Positions 28,696 through 37,939 of a DNA stretch of 64,000 nt are shown in pieces. The stretch's first letter is position 1; each line of letters opens with the position of its first letter. Position numbers and translations under genes: made by a program. Source of the DNA: an uncultured virus (IMG/VR IMGVR_UViG_3300003690_002253) (lineage: Duplodnaviria > Heunggongvirae > Uroviricota > Caudoviricetes); the IMG/VR virus record IMGVR_UViG_3300003690_002253. One strand, 5' to 3'. Under the pieces are notes generated by a model that was not told where the DNA came from, searched no databases, and saw only the letters and a program-made list of their open reading frames with translations.

Positions 28696-31600
28696 TTATG
28701 TTTCTTCTAACACCTGAACTCTGTCATCCAGTGAAATATCACCGTTTGCATAGGCGGCTCGCATATCCGCCATGGTATTAAAAACCTTTTTCGGTCGCTT
28801 ACTCTTTGCCTTCGTGGCGTGCCACAGGCCCCCAACGTACTCATTACTGGGTGCATGTACTGGACGCTTAAAATCAGCCGGGCTCAGTAAGTTCCTGCTT
28901 GGAAGTAACCTCTCAAATGCTTCCTTCCTCGCCCCCTCCGTAGTGGGAACGTGATAGTTCATCGCGTCCCCGTCAAAATCGGCATTAAAGCCACTTACAA
29001 TCAAAGGAGACACCTGCAAAGTATCTCCCTTTGTGAGTATAGGTTTGAACGCCATAATACCAAATTTGTGCAACACAGGCGCACGATTAATGATAACGGG
29101 ACGATGCTCCATTTCCGATAGCAAAGTCTCCCTCGCAAGGTCTGATCTGTCACGAATATGCTGCATCGCATGGCGAATTGACATCCCCTTCCGCTTCAAA
29201 CGACGAACAATAAACTTCTGGTAGACGTCAAATGCCTTATCCTCAGGTAGTCCCACGCTATCCATGTCTAAATTCGGGTTTGGTATGATGACGGCGCGGC
29301 CCACATTATCTACCGTGGTTGATATGAGTTTACGCTGCACAGTGCCAAACTTAGGACTTGTGCCGAATACGTCCTTCAGGATGCCTCGAACGCCCCGCTC
29401 CTGCGACTTCTGGCTGATAGGGTCCCCAAGACCCGTCACAGCTTTGAATGCGTTATAGACAGCTAGACGCTCCTCTCCTGTCTCATCCCCGAGAAGGTCT
29501 TTCATACCGGATAAATTCTTGTTCGCCTCAAACAGCTCCTTGTACAGATAATTAGCATCATTAATGAGCGGTATATCATTGCTCATCATATTGACAGGCC
29601 TGAAAGCCGGAGGAAGCACAGGCGCTCGTTTCAATATCCAGTCCTTGGGTTCAATGCCCAGCTTCTTGGCACTCTTTAGGTACCCTAATTTCCTGATGGC
29701 CTGATCTCTCTCTGTGCGTTTACCCATGCGGATAACTGCACGCGTCTTTGCAAGTTCCTTATCCAAATCAATCGCGGAAAGTGCTTTGTGGATAGCCTTA
29801 GGGCCTGACCCAAAACCGGGAAGGTCTTTTGCCCCGCCAATGACATTCTGAAAATCCTTTTGCGTCAGCCCCAGTAAACGACGAATAGGCTCTTCCATCA
29901 CAGGATTCGGCATCGGCTCAGCAAATTTAATTGCCGACCAGCGGTTACCATTGTGTCCGCCTGTCATAGCTGTATCAAATAAGCCGCCGCGAATAGGCTG
30001 AAGACCTTTGTTCCAGTCTACGCCATCCGCACTCGCCAAGTTTCTACTTCCAGCTAACTTGTCAACGTCCTTGTTCGTCAGGGCCATGATGTGGGTTTGA
30101 GTACCCTCTCTCTTGACATTGACACCAGCTGCGCGAAGTTGATTCACAAACTTGGTGTAAACCATGGGAATCTTGGGGTCCCGAGGATTAACCCCGGACA
30201 TGAACTGAAGCCAGTAATCCTCGTTACGCTGTCCGCGAACAGTTCCCACATCCTGCAAAGTCTCAGTAGCGCCATGAGACAGAAGCGCATTGGTATCCAT
30301 CAACGCCATACGCTTAGAACCTGACTCACCGCCCTTGGCAGGAGCACCCTCCGCAGAATAAGCACCAGCACCACGCGCCTGTCCTTTAGTCTCCGCTGTG
30401 TGGTGCAGCTTCATAAAGAAGCGGTTCCCCGTGGCAATGCTGGTTATCTTCTTGTCTCGGGTAGGATCATAGATATCCTCCAGATCAGATAGCCCCTCAC
30501 GGCGCAGTTGGTCATAAACCCACTGAGACATGTCTTTCGACGTGTCGAAATCCTGCACCTTTATGGGTTTACCACGCTTCGCAGCGATCTTACCCAGATA
30601 GAGTTCCGCTTGTTGTGCGGGATTGGTGCGTGTAATTATTCCAAGGGGACTGAGGAGAACTTCAAAGGGCTTACCGTCTTTATCGTGCGGCATCTGGTCA
30701 TCTGGGATGATGTCAGCAATGACACCTTTGTCCCCGTAACGACCGGAAAGTTTATCTCCCACTTGCATGTCGCTGTAGCTTTTAACAACGACAACCGGCC
30801 CCTTCTTCCCCAGTTCAACGTCGGTAACAACCCCGGGATCGTGATGATTCCATATGATACTCGCATCTGCATGACCGGCCTGTCCTTTCTTATGGACTTT
30901 ATTATACGCCGTTTCTCGCTGGCTGGTTGCCAATACGAGAGGATCTCCATATTCGACGGCAGTTCCGGGTTTTATAACCCCATTTTCGTCCAACCTAGAC
31001 AACGCGGCCTTATCATACTTGCCGGGAAACAAGCTGATGTAACTCTTCTTACCAATCTTAGTCTTGTCATCAACATCCAGATCATGTTGATACATATGCT
31101 CGGATTTGAGTCGCTTGGCAAAGCTCTCCGAAATAACCGAAGCATCCTCAAAGTTCTTACCTTGCCAAGAAACATAAGCTACACGTGCGTTCTTACCTAA
31201 AGCAGTAGTTCCAGCCGGGTCAGTGAAGTTAGATCTAACTAACAACTGTCCCTTCTTGAACAAATCTCCATGAGAGATAACAGGAGTCTGATGAATGAAT
31301 GTTTTTCTATTGAATGGAAAGTTATTATACAACTCAAGTGTTTCTGTTTCACCATCAGTATACTTAACAGTCACACCATCTTCATCTATCTTCGATACTT
31401 TTCCAGACATTGAAGCATAACGACTCCCCATGTACTTACTGTATTCTTCCTCGTAACTTCGTTTTCCATCCGTTCCGGGAATTGCAGATTGAACTAAAGG
31501 AGCCTCCGCATCAACTAAAGGAAGGGCTTGTGTTGTCATACGACTTGCCATAACAAGTCGTTGTCCTTTCACCATGCTCTTAAGAGGAATCATGTTAGCA

Positions 31601-33126
31601 AGAGGACTCAAAGCGCTCTCAAAATCAGGAAGAACAAGATCAATATTCTTCTTCTTAGTCCATATCATCTTACCGCCCGACATGGCGACAACTCGCGGAC
31701 TTTTATGTGACATCGAATCCGGGAAACCTACAGTTAAATCAGCAACGTCCTGCGGAGAACGCCAGACCTTACTACCCGTCTTCGGGTTAATAAACTGAGC
31801 GTAGATTTTCCCGTCACGACCTTTGCGGGCATTGCGAGCCATGTATAAATCAACACCTACCTTCTCCGATTCAGGCGTGCGAAGAGGATCAATGAACCCA
31901 AAATGACTGGGTTGAACGTTACGTGCTTCTTCAGGAACCGCCTCCAGACTGGGAATACCTCCTGCGCCTAGCCGACTAATAGAATAAGCCTTGTCATAAA
32001 TCTCAGCCGGGTTGATTTCTTCCAAAGCCTGCCCAAGCCCCGACCCCAACAGCGCCGCCTCCATCTGCGATTTCAGAGCCGACGAAGGAAGCTTAGACAA
32101 ATCACCTTGATTAGTGGCTTTCCATAACAAGTTCCGCCTTACTCCACCTGAATCACGCCTAACTCTCTCAGAAAATAAATCCTCGGGACCCAATACCCGC
32201 TGATACGGCAAAGCATCTCTGTCATCTACAGAATCTTTGCCTTGAGACACGTTAATGAGTTTCTTAGTGATATCTAAGACAGCATCAAGACTCAGCCCCT
32301 CGTAGGGAGTGCCAAGTGTGCGCTTAGTCACTTCCGGATCAAGCGCCATACTTTCAAACTTTTCTACGAGCTTTTCCCGCGTTGACTGTTCATCACCTTC
32401 TAGGTCTTTGTCATTCAGGAACTTATCTTTAAGCTTCTTGTATGCAGACGCTTCGTCCGTTGGATAATTCGCGGCGTAAATCTCCGGACCCCACGCATCT
32501 TGTAATTGTTTCGGGGTGACGCCCATCGTCTTAAGCAACGGCATGAGAGGAATTTTAGCTTGCCCGGCTCGTATGTAGAAAACACCTTTCTCTGGGTCGA
32601 GAAAATAGCGATGTGACAGGCCTTTACCGGGCATGATATTAGCATGCGCTTCAATTTCTCCATTGTCTTTGATGCGTGTAAATACTCCCGAACGTAACCT
32701 CTGTTGGTTTCGCAATGTGTACTCGTTGCCCTGATGAATATATGTGCCACGACCTGTCAAGTGAGGCACCGTCATCAAAACAGACTTCTTACGATCAATA
32801 ACATCTCCTGTTTCATTATCCGTCAACTCCCACGTCCCGCGTAAACGACGCCCACGCGTCTCACCAGCTAGAATAGCTTTCTTCTGGTCTTTTATCGTGA
32901 CGTAGTCGGGGTCCAGATAATGAATATCCCGCAGACTCAGCGTGTGCTGTGTATTAGAAACAGGCTCAACACTTCCCGCCGCCTCCAACACATGACTGTA
33001 TATGTTGCGGCGAGTAGCCGTGACATCCCCAAATGAACGGGGATCTTCCTTCTCCGGCTCGACGGCAGGAAGCGGCTTAGAAGTCAATAAAGAAGTCGGT
33101 AAGCCGCTAAGAATATTGATATTCAT
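28696..33126 (-). CDS. rpoB: DNA-directed RNA polymerase beta / beta'-N-terminal fusion
   Basis: Beta motifs TPESEKVG, KNFEDASVISE, GDKLSGRYGDKGV, FMKLHH followed in frame by beta' motifs PVLPPAFRP, NRAPVLH and catalytic NADFDGD. Confidence 0.95.
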   Translation of the reverse strand: MNINILSGLPTSLLTSKPLPAVEPEKEDPRSFGDVTATRRNIYSHVLEAAGSVEPVSNTQHTLSLRDIHYLDPDYVTIKDQKKAILAGETRGRRLRGTWELTDNETGDVIDRKKSVLMTVPHLTGRGTYIHQGNEYTLRNQQRLRSGVFTRIKDNGEIEAHANIMPGKGLSHRYFLDPEKGVFYIRAGQAKIPLMPLLKTMGVTPKQLQDAWGPEIYAANYPTDEASAYKKLKDKFLNDKDLEGDEQSTREKLVEKFESMALDPEVTKRTLGTPYEGLSLDAVLDITKKLINVSQGKDSVDDRDALPYQRVLGPEDLFSERVRRDSGGVRRNLLWKATNQGDLSKLPSSALKSQMEAALLGSGLGQALEEINPAEIYDKAYSISRLGAGGIPSLEAVPEEARNVQPSHFGFIDPLRTPESEKVGVDLYMARNARKGRDGKIYAQFINPKTGSKVWRSPQDVADLTVGFPDSMSHKSPRVVAMSGGKMIWTKKKNIDLVLPDFESALSPLANMIPLKSMVKGQRLVMASRMTTQALPLVDAEAPLVQSAIPGTDGKRSYEEEYSKYMGSRYASMSGKVSKIDEDGVTVKYTDGETETLELYNNFPFNRKTFIHQTPVISHGDLFKKGQLLVRSNFTDPAGTTALGKNARVAYVSWQGKNFEDASVISESFAKRLKSEHMYQHDLDVDDKTKIGKKSYISLFPGKYDKAALSRLDENGVIKPGTAVEYGDPLVLATSQRETAYNKVHKKGQAGHADASIIWNHHDPGVVTDVELGKKGPVVVVKSYSDMQVGDKLSGRYGDKGVIADIIPDDQMPHDKDGKPFEVLLSPLGIITRTNPAQQAELYLGKIAAKRGKPIKVQDFDTSKDMSQWVYDQLRREGLSDLEDIYDPTRDKKITSIATGNRFFMKLHHTAETKGQARGAGAYSAEGAPAKGGESGSKRMALMDTNALLSHGATETLQDVGTVRGQRNEDYWLQFMSGVNPRDPKIPMVYTKFVNQLRAAGVNVKREGTQTHIMALTNKDVDKLAGSRNLASADGVDWNKGLQPIRGGLFDTAMTGGHNGNRWSAIKFAEPMPNPVMEEPIRRLLGLTQKDFQNVIGGAKDLPGFGSGPKAIHKALSAIDLDKELAKTRAVIRMGKRTERDQAIRKLGYLKSAKKLGIEPKDWILKRAPVLPPAFRPVNMMSNDIPLINDANYLYKELFEANKNLSGMKDLLGDETGEERLAVYNAFKAVTGLGDPISQKSQERGVRGILKDVFGTSPKFGTVQRKLISTTVDNVGRAVIIPNPNLDMDSVGLPEDKAFDVYQKFIVRRLKRKGMSIRHAMQHIRDRSDLARETLLSEMEHRPVIINRAPVLHKFGIMAFKPILTKGDTLQVSPLIVSGFNADFDGDAMNYHVPTTEGARKEAFERLLPSRNLLSPADFKRPVHAPSNEYVGGLWHATKAKSKRPKKVFNTMADMRAAYANGDISLDDRVQVLEET

Positions 33127-33135
33127 AGTCGGGTC

Positions 33136-34749
33136 TCACTCTTCTTCATCCTCGTCAGGTTCAACATACACCTGCGGGTCAGGAACAGCGTAAAGCTCCG
33201 AAGGACGCTTAGCATAATTCTTAGCGGCTCGACGCTGCACAGCTTTCTCTAGTATCTTTCTCTGGCTATACTTATCCGACAGATGCTTAGCTGCCAGATA
33301 TCCAAGCAGAAGTGTGGGAATCGCGTACAGACCGTAAGCACCCATGGCCTTTTGCTTGAATTGAGGAGAAGTCACGGTCTCCACCACCTTGCCCGGAGCT
33401 TGCACTAGATCAGTCGCAGTACCAATCGCCGAAGATATGGGATCACCATTCGCGACTTTTTCCAAACTGGTTGCCCGCTCAATACGCAGGAAAAGATCGT
33501 CTAATTCCTCGCCTAATTTCTGAGCTGCGGTCTTTTCTGCGGCCATCTTACTTTTCGGAGAAGGGTAATGAGAAGTAAGCGCTTCTTGAAACTCTTCTTT
33601 AGCCGACTCTAGTTCGTCCTCAACCTCTTCCTGTCTGCGATCATCAAAGAAAGAGTCTGTTAACTTCCACCCACCGTAAGTACCGCCCATGGCAGCAGCC
33701 AAAAGACCGGGCCAATACCACTTCGCGTAATCGTGAGGGCTCGTTTTTATGTGGTTATCCTGAGCCTCTTTATCGTCTTCCTCTTCTTCATCTTTGTCCC
33801 TGTTGAGATATCTATATAACCCGTAACCACCCGCTCCCAACGCAGCACCACCGAGAGCCCCATACCCCAATTGCCGTGCTGAGATGCCCGTCCCGAGAAT
33901 ATTTTCAGATGACCAATTTGGCTCATCAAGTGCCATCTCTTCAACATCGTCACGGAGTTCTTGATTGTCACGGTGTTCTTGGTCTTGGGTGAGCTTGAGT
34001 TCGCGGGTCATTTCCTCCGGCGTGGGCGGTTCATCCGCGACGTCAGGAATGGACTTTTTCCCGTGTAAAATGTACTGTTGAATCTCGGGAGAAAGAGCTT
34101 CAAACTGGTCCGGATTACGCTTCCAATCTGCCCGTCGTGCCTCGTTATTCCAATCCTGAGGAGTAAATTGTTGTTGCTGGGCGAGATCCTCGTCGTAATA
34201 ATGGCCCCGCTCAGTTGAATAACGATTTGTCCAATCCCAGCCGTCGCGAAAGGTGCCATCGTCGTCATGCTTGCGCCAGCGGGACTTACCGCCCGGGTCC
34301 CAGCCAGCCATGCGGACCTGTTGTTTTTCTTCGTCCGTGCCTTCCCAGAGGCTCTTGGGAGATCGCCAGTTCAGCTCTGGAACCCCTCGCGGGCGGTCGT
34401 GCATCAGGTCCTTCGGCATAGACATCGTTTGAGCCACTTTTCTTAGCTCTTCTTCTTCTTCCTCTTCCACGGGATAAGGGACAGGCAACGGAGAGACACC
34501 AGCGCGAGACATCGAAGGTTTGCCCGCACGCGTCAGCAAATTCCAAAGACCTTGAGCACTGCGAAAACCCACAGCACCTCCAGCCCCTATCACACCCACC
34601 TGTAAGATATTCTTTATGGCCTCACGCTTCGCGTCTCCCTCAATGCCAGCAATCTGCTGAGGGGTGAGTACCGTTGCCGCTATTGAACCATTAGCGCTTT
34701 TAACCTCTGCAATCTTATCCAGCAGTTGGTGGGAGGTTTGAATGTCCAT
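33136..34749 (-). CDS. Putative internal virion polyprotein with glycine-zipper helices
   Basis: 537 aa; KSA, RKVA, DKEA, KMAAEKTAA, EKVA between hydrophobic Gly-rich segments. Confidence 0.7.
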   Translation of the reverse strand: MDIQTSHQLLDKIAEVKSANGSIAATVLTPQQIAGIEGDAKREAIKNILQVGVIGAGGAVGFRSAQGLWNLLTRAGKPSMSRAGVSPLPVPYPVEEEEEEELRKVAQTMSMPKDLMHDRPRGVPELNWRSPKSLWEGTDEEKQQVRMAGWDPGGKSRWRKHDDDGTFRDGWDWTNRYSTERGHYYDEDLAQQQQFTPQDWNNEARRADWKRNPDQFEALSPEIQQYILHGKKSIPDVADEPPTPEEMTRELKLTQDQEHRDNQELRDDVEEMALDEPNWSSENILGTGISARQLGYGALGGAALGAGGYGLYRYLNRDKDEEEEDDKEAQDNHIKTSPHDYAKWYWPGLLAAAMGGTYGGWKLTDSFFDDRRQEEVEDELESAKEEFQEALTSHYPSPKSKMAAEKTAAQKLGEELDDLFLRIERATSLEKVANGDPISSAIGTATDLVQAPGKVVETVTSPQFKQKAMGAYGLYAIPTLLLGYLAAKHLSDKYSQRKILEKAVQRRAAKNYAKRPSELYAVPDPQVYVEPDEDEEE

Positions 34750-35122
34750 AGTTAGCTCCTAGCGTTATGGCTTTGGTTGGCTGCCCGTCTTCCAGAAAAT
34801 ACTCAAGCCATTCCAAATATACGTGGTGGTATTTGTCGTCTTCTTCTCTCCAGCGATCAACGAACATGACATGGAACCACCCGTTAGCAGCACCGTCCAT
34901 GACCTCTAGATATTTCTTATTCTGTTCTTCATCTCCCGTGTAAAATGTACCGTTCTTGGGGTCAGCTACACGAACAAGACGATCGTCAAATTCCTCTTCC
35001 CTCAAGAGTGGCGCTTCGGGACCTCTGAAAGGTAATCCGTCGACGTCAGCCCTACCCCAGTACAAGTTTCCTCGCCCATTTCCGTCAGTTCGATTGATGA
35101 ATTTGATTAAATTATTTGGCAT
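34715..35122 (-). CDS. Hypothetical protein
   Basis: 135 aa co-oriented ORF. Confidence 0.7.
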   Translation of the reverse strand: MPNNLIKFINRTDGNGRGNLYWGRADVDGLPFRGPEAPLLREEEFDDRLVRVADPKNGTFYTGDEEQNKKYLEVMDGAANGWFHVMFVDRWREEDDKYHHVYLEWLEYFLEDGQPTKAITLGANYGHSNLPPTAG

Positions 35123-35132
35123 TTATCTGCGA

Positions 35133-35561
35133 TCATAAGTAGATGCCGCTAGACTTGCTTTTTTTAGATTCTCGGTAATCTCTCATCCTTGCAGATTGCC
35201 TGAGTCTTTGTGCTTGTCGTCGATATTCGTCCGCAAGTTCACGCTTCTTGATATCATCAACATCCTCGTCATCAACATCGGACAGACGAGAATGTAGAAT
35301 ACCAGCAGTTGCACCCACAGCAGGAGGAGCTAAAGCAAGCCCCCACATGCCAGTACCGACAATACTTTTGACAATATCGCCTGCGTCATCCATGATAGCG
35401 CCACGCTCAGGTGCGAACCAATCGAAGGCGGCTCTCTTACTGACATCATCAAGCTGGTCGGAAGCTTTCTTTACTTCCTCACGCATCTGCTCGATAGAAA
35501 GACCCTTCTCGACACAATTCGAAAGAAAACCGAGTTTGAAGGCTTCTTGTGGTGAAAGCAT
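35133..35561 (-). CDS. Hypothetical virion protein with one hydrophobic helix
   Basis: 142 aa; KKAS and KRAA motifs. Confidence 0.65.
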   Translation of the reverse strand: MLSPQEAFKLGFLSNCVEKGLSIEQMREEVKKASDQLDDVSKRAAFDWFAPERGAIMDDAGDIVKSIVGTGMWGLALAPPAVGATAGILHSRLSDVDDEDVDDIKKRELADEYRRQAQRLRQSARMRDYRESKKSKSSGIYL

Positions 35562-35573
35562 CCTTGCTGTCTC

Positions 35574-35957
35574 CTAAAACATTCGCTTGTCTGGCATGAT
35601 AATAGTAACCGGACGCCGTGATTTGGCAGATTTCACAGCGTCCGGGTTACTGGGTTCTCCCTGTTCTTTTGCACGTTTCACAAGTTCTACCGCTTCTTCG
35701 ATAAATCGTTGCTGCCGTTCGATCTCGTCTTGATGTGCAAAACCTTCACTGGCCATTGTCGCCTTACTATTGCCCACCATATCGTTGATGGCATTCAACC
35801 TGTGGAGGAATTCACGAACACCTAAAGTATCATAAGTGTTATCCCGAGAATCTTCCATATGAATCAAACCATGGTCAGCCCACCATCGTTGACATTTCGG
35901 ATTACTCCGAGGGCCAAAAAATACAACGTTATGCTGCCCGCCAATAAGTACCGACAT
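35574..35957 (-). CDS. Hypothetical protein
   Basis: 127 aa co-oriented ORF. Confidence 0.65.
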   Translation of the reverse strand: MSVLIGGQHNVVFFGPRSNPKCQRWWADHGLIHMEDSRDNTYDTLGVREFLHRLNAINDMVGNSKATMASEGFAHQDEIERQQRFIEEAVELVKRAKEQGEPSNPDAVKSAKSRRPVTIIMPDKRMF

Positions 35958-35981
35958 TGACTATCTCTTAAATTCTAAAAT

Positions 35982-36377
35982 TTACTCAGTATCGTCTGAG
36001 GCATCATCTGAAGTACTGGGCCACCCACTCTCATTGTAGAGAGACACAATGCCGTCAACGATTCCTTCACTGATAGCGAGAAGCAACGCCTTTATACCCT
36101 TATCAACGATAGGTTCGATAAAGTTAGGAATCTTCTGGATATCAATAGGGGCAATTACTTCGTCATAAAGCGTGCCGACCGCCCCCACAACAGCAGCCTT
36201 CTTTTCCTCACCTGAAATCGATGAAAAACTTTCAGCTATTGCAACCAAAGAACCAATTGACTTACCTACAATCGCTACAACTTCGTTGAAGGATATCTTG
36301 TCGTCGTCCGCTTTCGCCTCTTTGTACGCATCAATAACGCCTCGAATACCTTCTTCCATTGTGTCATACAGAGCCAT
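35982..36377 (-). CDS. Hypothetical protein
   Basis: 131 aa, GGAGG SD. Confidence 0.7.
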   Translation of the reverse strand: MALYDTMEEGIRGVIDAYKEAKADDDKISFNEVVAIVGKSIGSLVAIAESFSSISGEEKKAAVVGAVGTLYDEVIAPIDIQKIPNFIEPIVDKGIKALLLAISEGIVDGIVSLYNESGWPSTSDDASDDTE

Positions 36378-36388
36378 CGAATTTCCTC

Positions 36389-37495
36389 CTACCTAAACAT
36401 GCGAGGCATTAGACTGTTTATAACTCCCAACGTAGCCCCAGCACGATTGAGAGTTTTACGAGTACCTGTGGGCATTCCGGTAATAACACCTAGTGCTTTA
36501 CCAACTCCCCACCCTACCGCATAACCTTGTAAACCACCACCAGCTGCCCCCATCATTGTACCCAACAAGCCCGTTTGCTGTGGCGTCACATATCCGGGAC
36601 CTACACCGCCGGGAAGCTGATGAGCCGCATATACGGACGACATTGTAGCAGCTGCCGTCTCGGGAGACGCGCCCACTTCCCACAAAGTCTGTCCCAGTTT
36701 GTTTATGTTCACAGGAGGAATACCGACTGCACCTGTCATACTCGCAAAAGCCTTCTTCACGAAATTATCCGATGCTTGTGAGTATTTACTGTCAACCAGC
36801 AACCTGCCTCTCGTATCCCCCTCTAACTTCGGCTCGTCCTGCCAGATAGAACTATTCAAAGGTTGATCTGACATGTGATTAGCCAGCATATAACCAGCAC
36901 CGGGAGCAGCACCAACTAGACCACCCAAAATAGCCAAGGTTTTTCTAAGTCGACCTTTTTCCCACTCCTTCGGCATAATCTTCTCGCCAAGCCAGCCCAG
37001 ACCATATCCCAGACCCGATCCCAGTAATCCACTGGTTAACATGCCCGCCAACGGACTAGGCTGGATACCCATCCACGTTGATCCCTCCGTGTGACCGCTC
37101 GCCGCTGGGTCACTTGGATCTTCGCTAAAGCCCGGAAAGAAGTTCAAAGCCTCACCAACGCGACGCAAGGCAGCACTAGCAGCAACCTTTATCCAAGCAC
37201 CCGAAGTAACTTCCTCTAGAGAAAGAGGTTCTGTACGAACATGGTCAGAGCCAACTGCTCGATCGAGAGCAGCCTTACACCAGCCGCCCTCCTCAATATC
37301 GAACACGGGCCGGAAGTAAACTGCTGCTTTCTCTTGCTCTGGATTCCAGTAGTAACCCACGTCGTTCTTGGTGTAGACGCAGGCTATCGCCGGTCTGATG
37401 TCCCACGCAGGTGCAGCACACTTCTCCACCAGCGTATCGATCTTCCCCGGCACCGTACCCCAAAGATATGCATCAATTTCTGACAAGCTAGACAT
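36389..37495 (-). CDS. Putative internal virion protein with glycine zippers
   Basis: 368 aa; EKCAA, KVAA, KKAFA; GLLGSGLGYGLGWLG. Confidence 0.7.
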   Translation of the reverse strand: MSSLSEIDAYLWGTVPGKIDTLVEKCAAPAWDIRPAIACVYTKNDVGYYWNPEQEKAAVYFRPVFDIEEGGWCKAALDRAVGSDHVRTEPLSLEEVTSGAWIKVAASAALRRVGEALNFFPGFSEDPSDPAASGHTEGSTWMGIQPSPLAGMLTSGLLGSGLGYGLGWLGEKIMPKEWEKGRLRKTLAILGGLVGAAPGAGYMLANHMSDQPLNSSIWQDEPKLEGDTRGRLLVDSKYSQASDNFVKKAFASMTGAVGIPPVNINKLGQTLWEVGASPETAAATMSSVYAAHQLPGGVGPGYVTPQQTGLLGTMMGAAGGGLQGYAVGWGVGKALGVITGMPTGTRKTLNRAGATLGVINSLMPRMFR

Positions 37496-37496
37496 C

Positions 37497-37778
37497 CTAG
37501 CCTCCGAAGAAGTATTTCTTCACAATAATAGCCCCGCCAATCGCGACACCTATAAGAAAAACAAGCCATTTACGCTTTTTAGCGACTGCCGCCGCCTTGC
37601 GCGCTTGAGCATCAATTTTGTCGGTCTTAGCCCCTATCTTATCCAATTGATGCTCTTGCTTATCGTCACGCTTGTCATCTCGCTTATTTTCGCGATCTTC
37701 TCGCTTGTTGTCTCGTTCAGTTTCCGCAGCTACCTCATCTCGATGTTTTCGCACCATACCACACTCATTTATCTCCAT
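37497..37778 (-). CDS. Small membrane protein with charged repeats
   Basis: DNKREDRENKRDDKRDDK then a C-terminal TM helix. Confidence 0.6.
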   Translation of the reverse strand: MEINECGMVRKHRDEVAAETERDNKREDRENKRDDKRDDKQEHQLDKIGAKTDKIDAQARKAAAVAKKRKWLVFLIGVAIGGAIIVKKYFFGG

Positions 37779-37917
37779 TACTTAGATTATCGTTCAAAGA
37801 ATTCTTGTCTTTTTCCCATTTCTCTTGAGCTTTTGAAAGCTGCTCCATTCTCGCCTTAGCATCATGATCCAAGGGAGTTGTCTGCTTTTTCGCCGAAGAC
37901 GGTTTATTATCGCTCAT
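37765..37917 (-). CDS. Small hypothetical protein (50 aa, not in ORF track)
   Basis: MSDNKPSSAKKQ...NGDK fills the gap after nrdJ; GGAGG upstream but rather distant. Confidence 0.45.
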   Translation of the reverse strand: MSDNKPSSAKKQTTPLDHDAKARMEQLSKAQEKWEKDKNSLNDNLSNGDK

Positions 37918-37939
37918 CTTACCAACAATGCCTCCCTGA

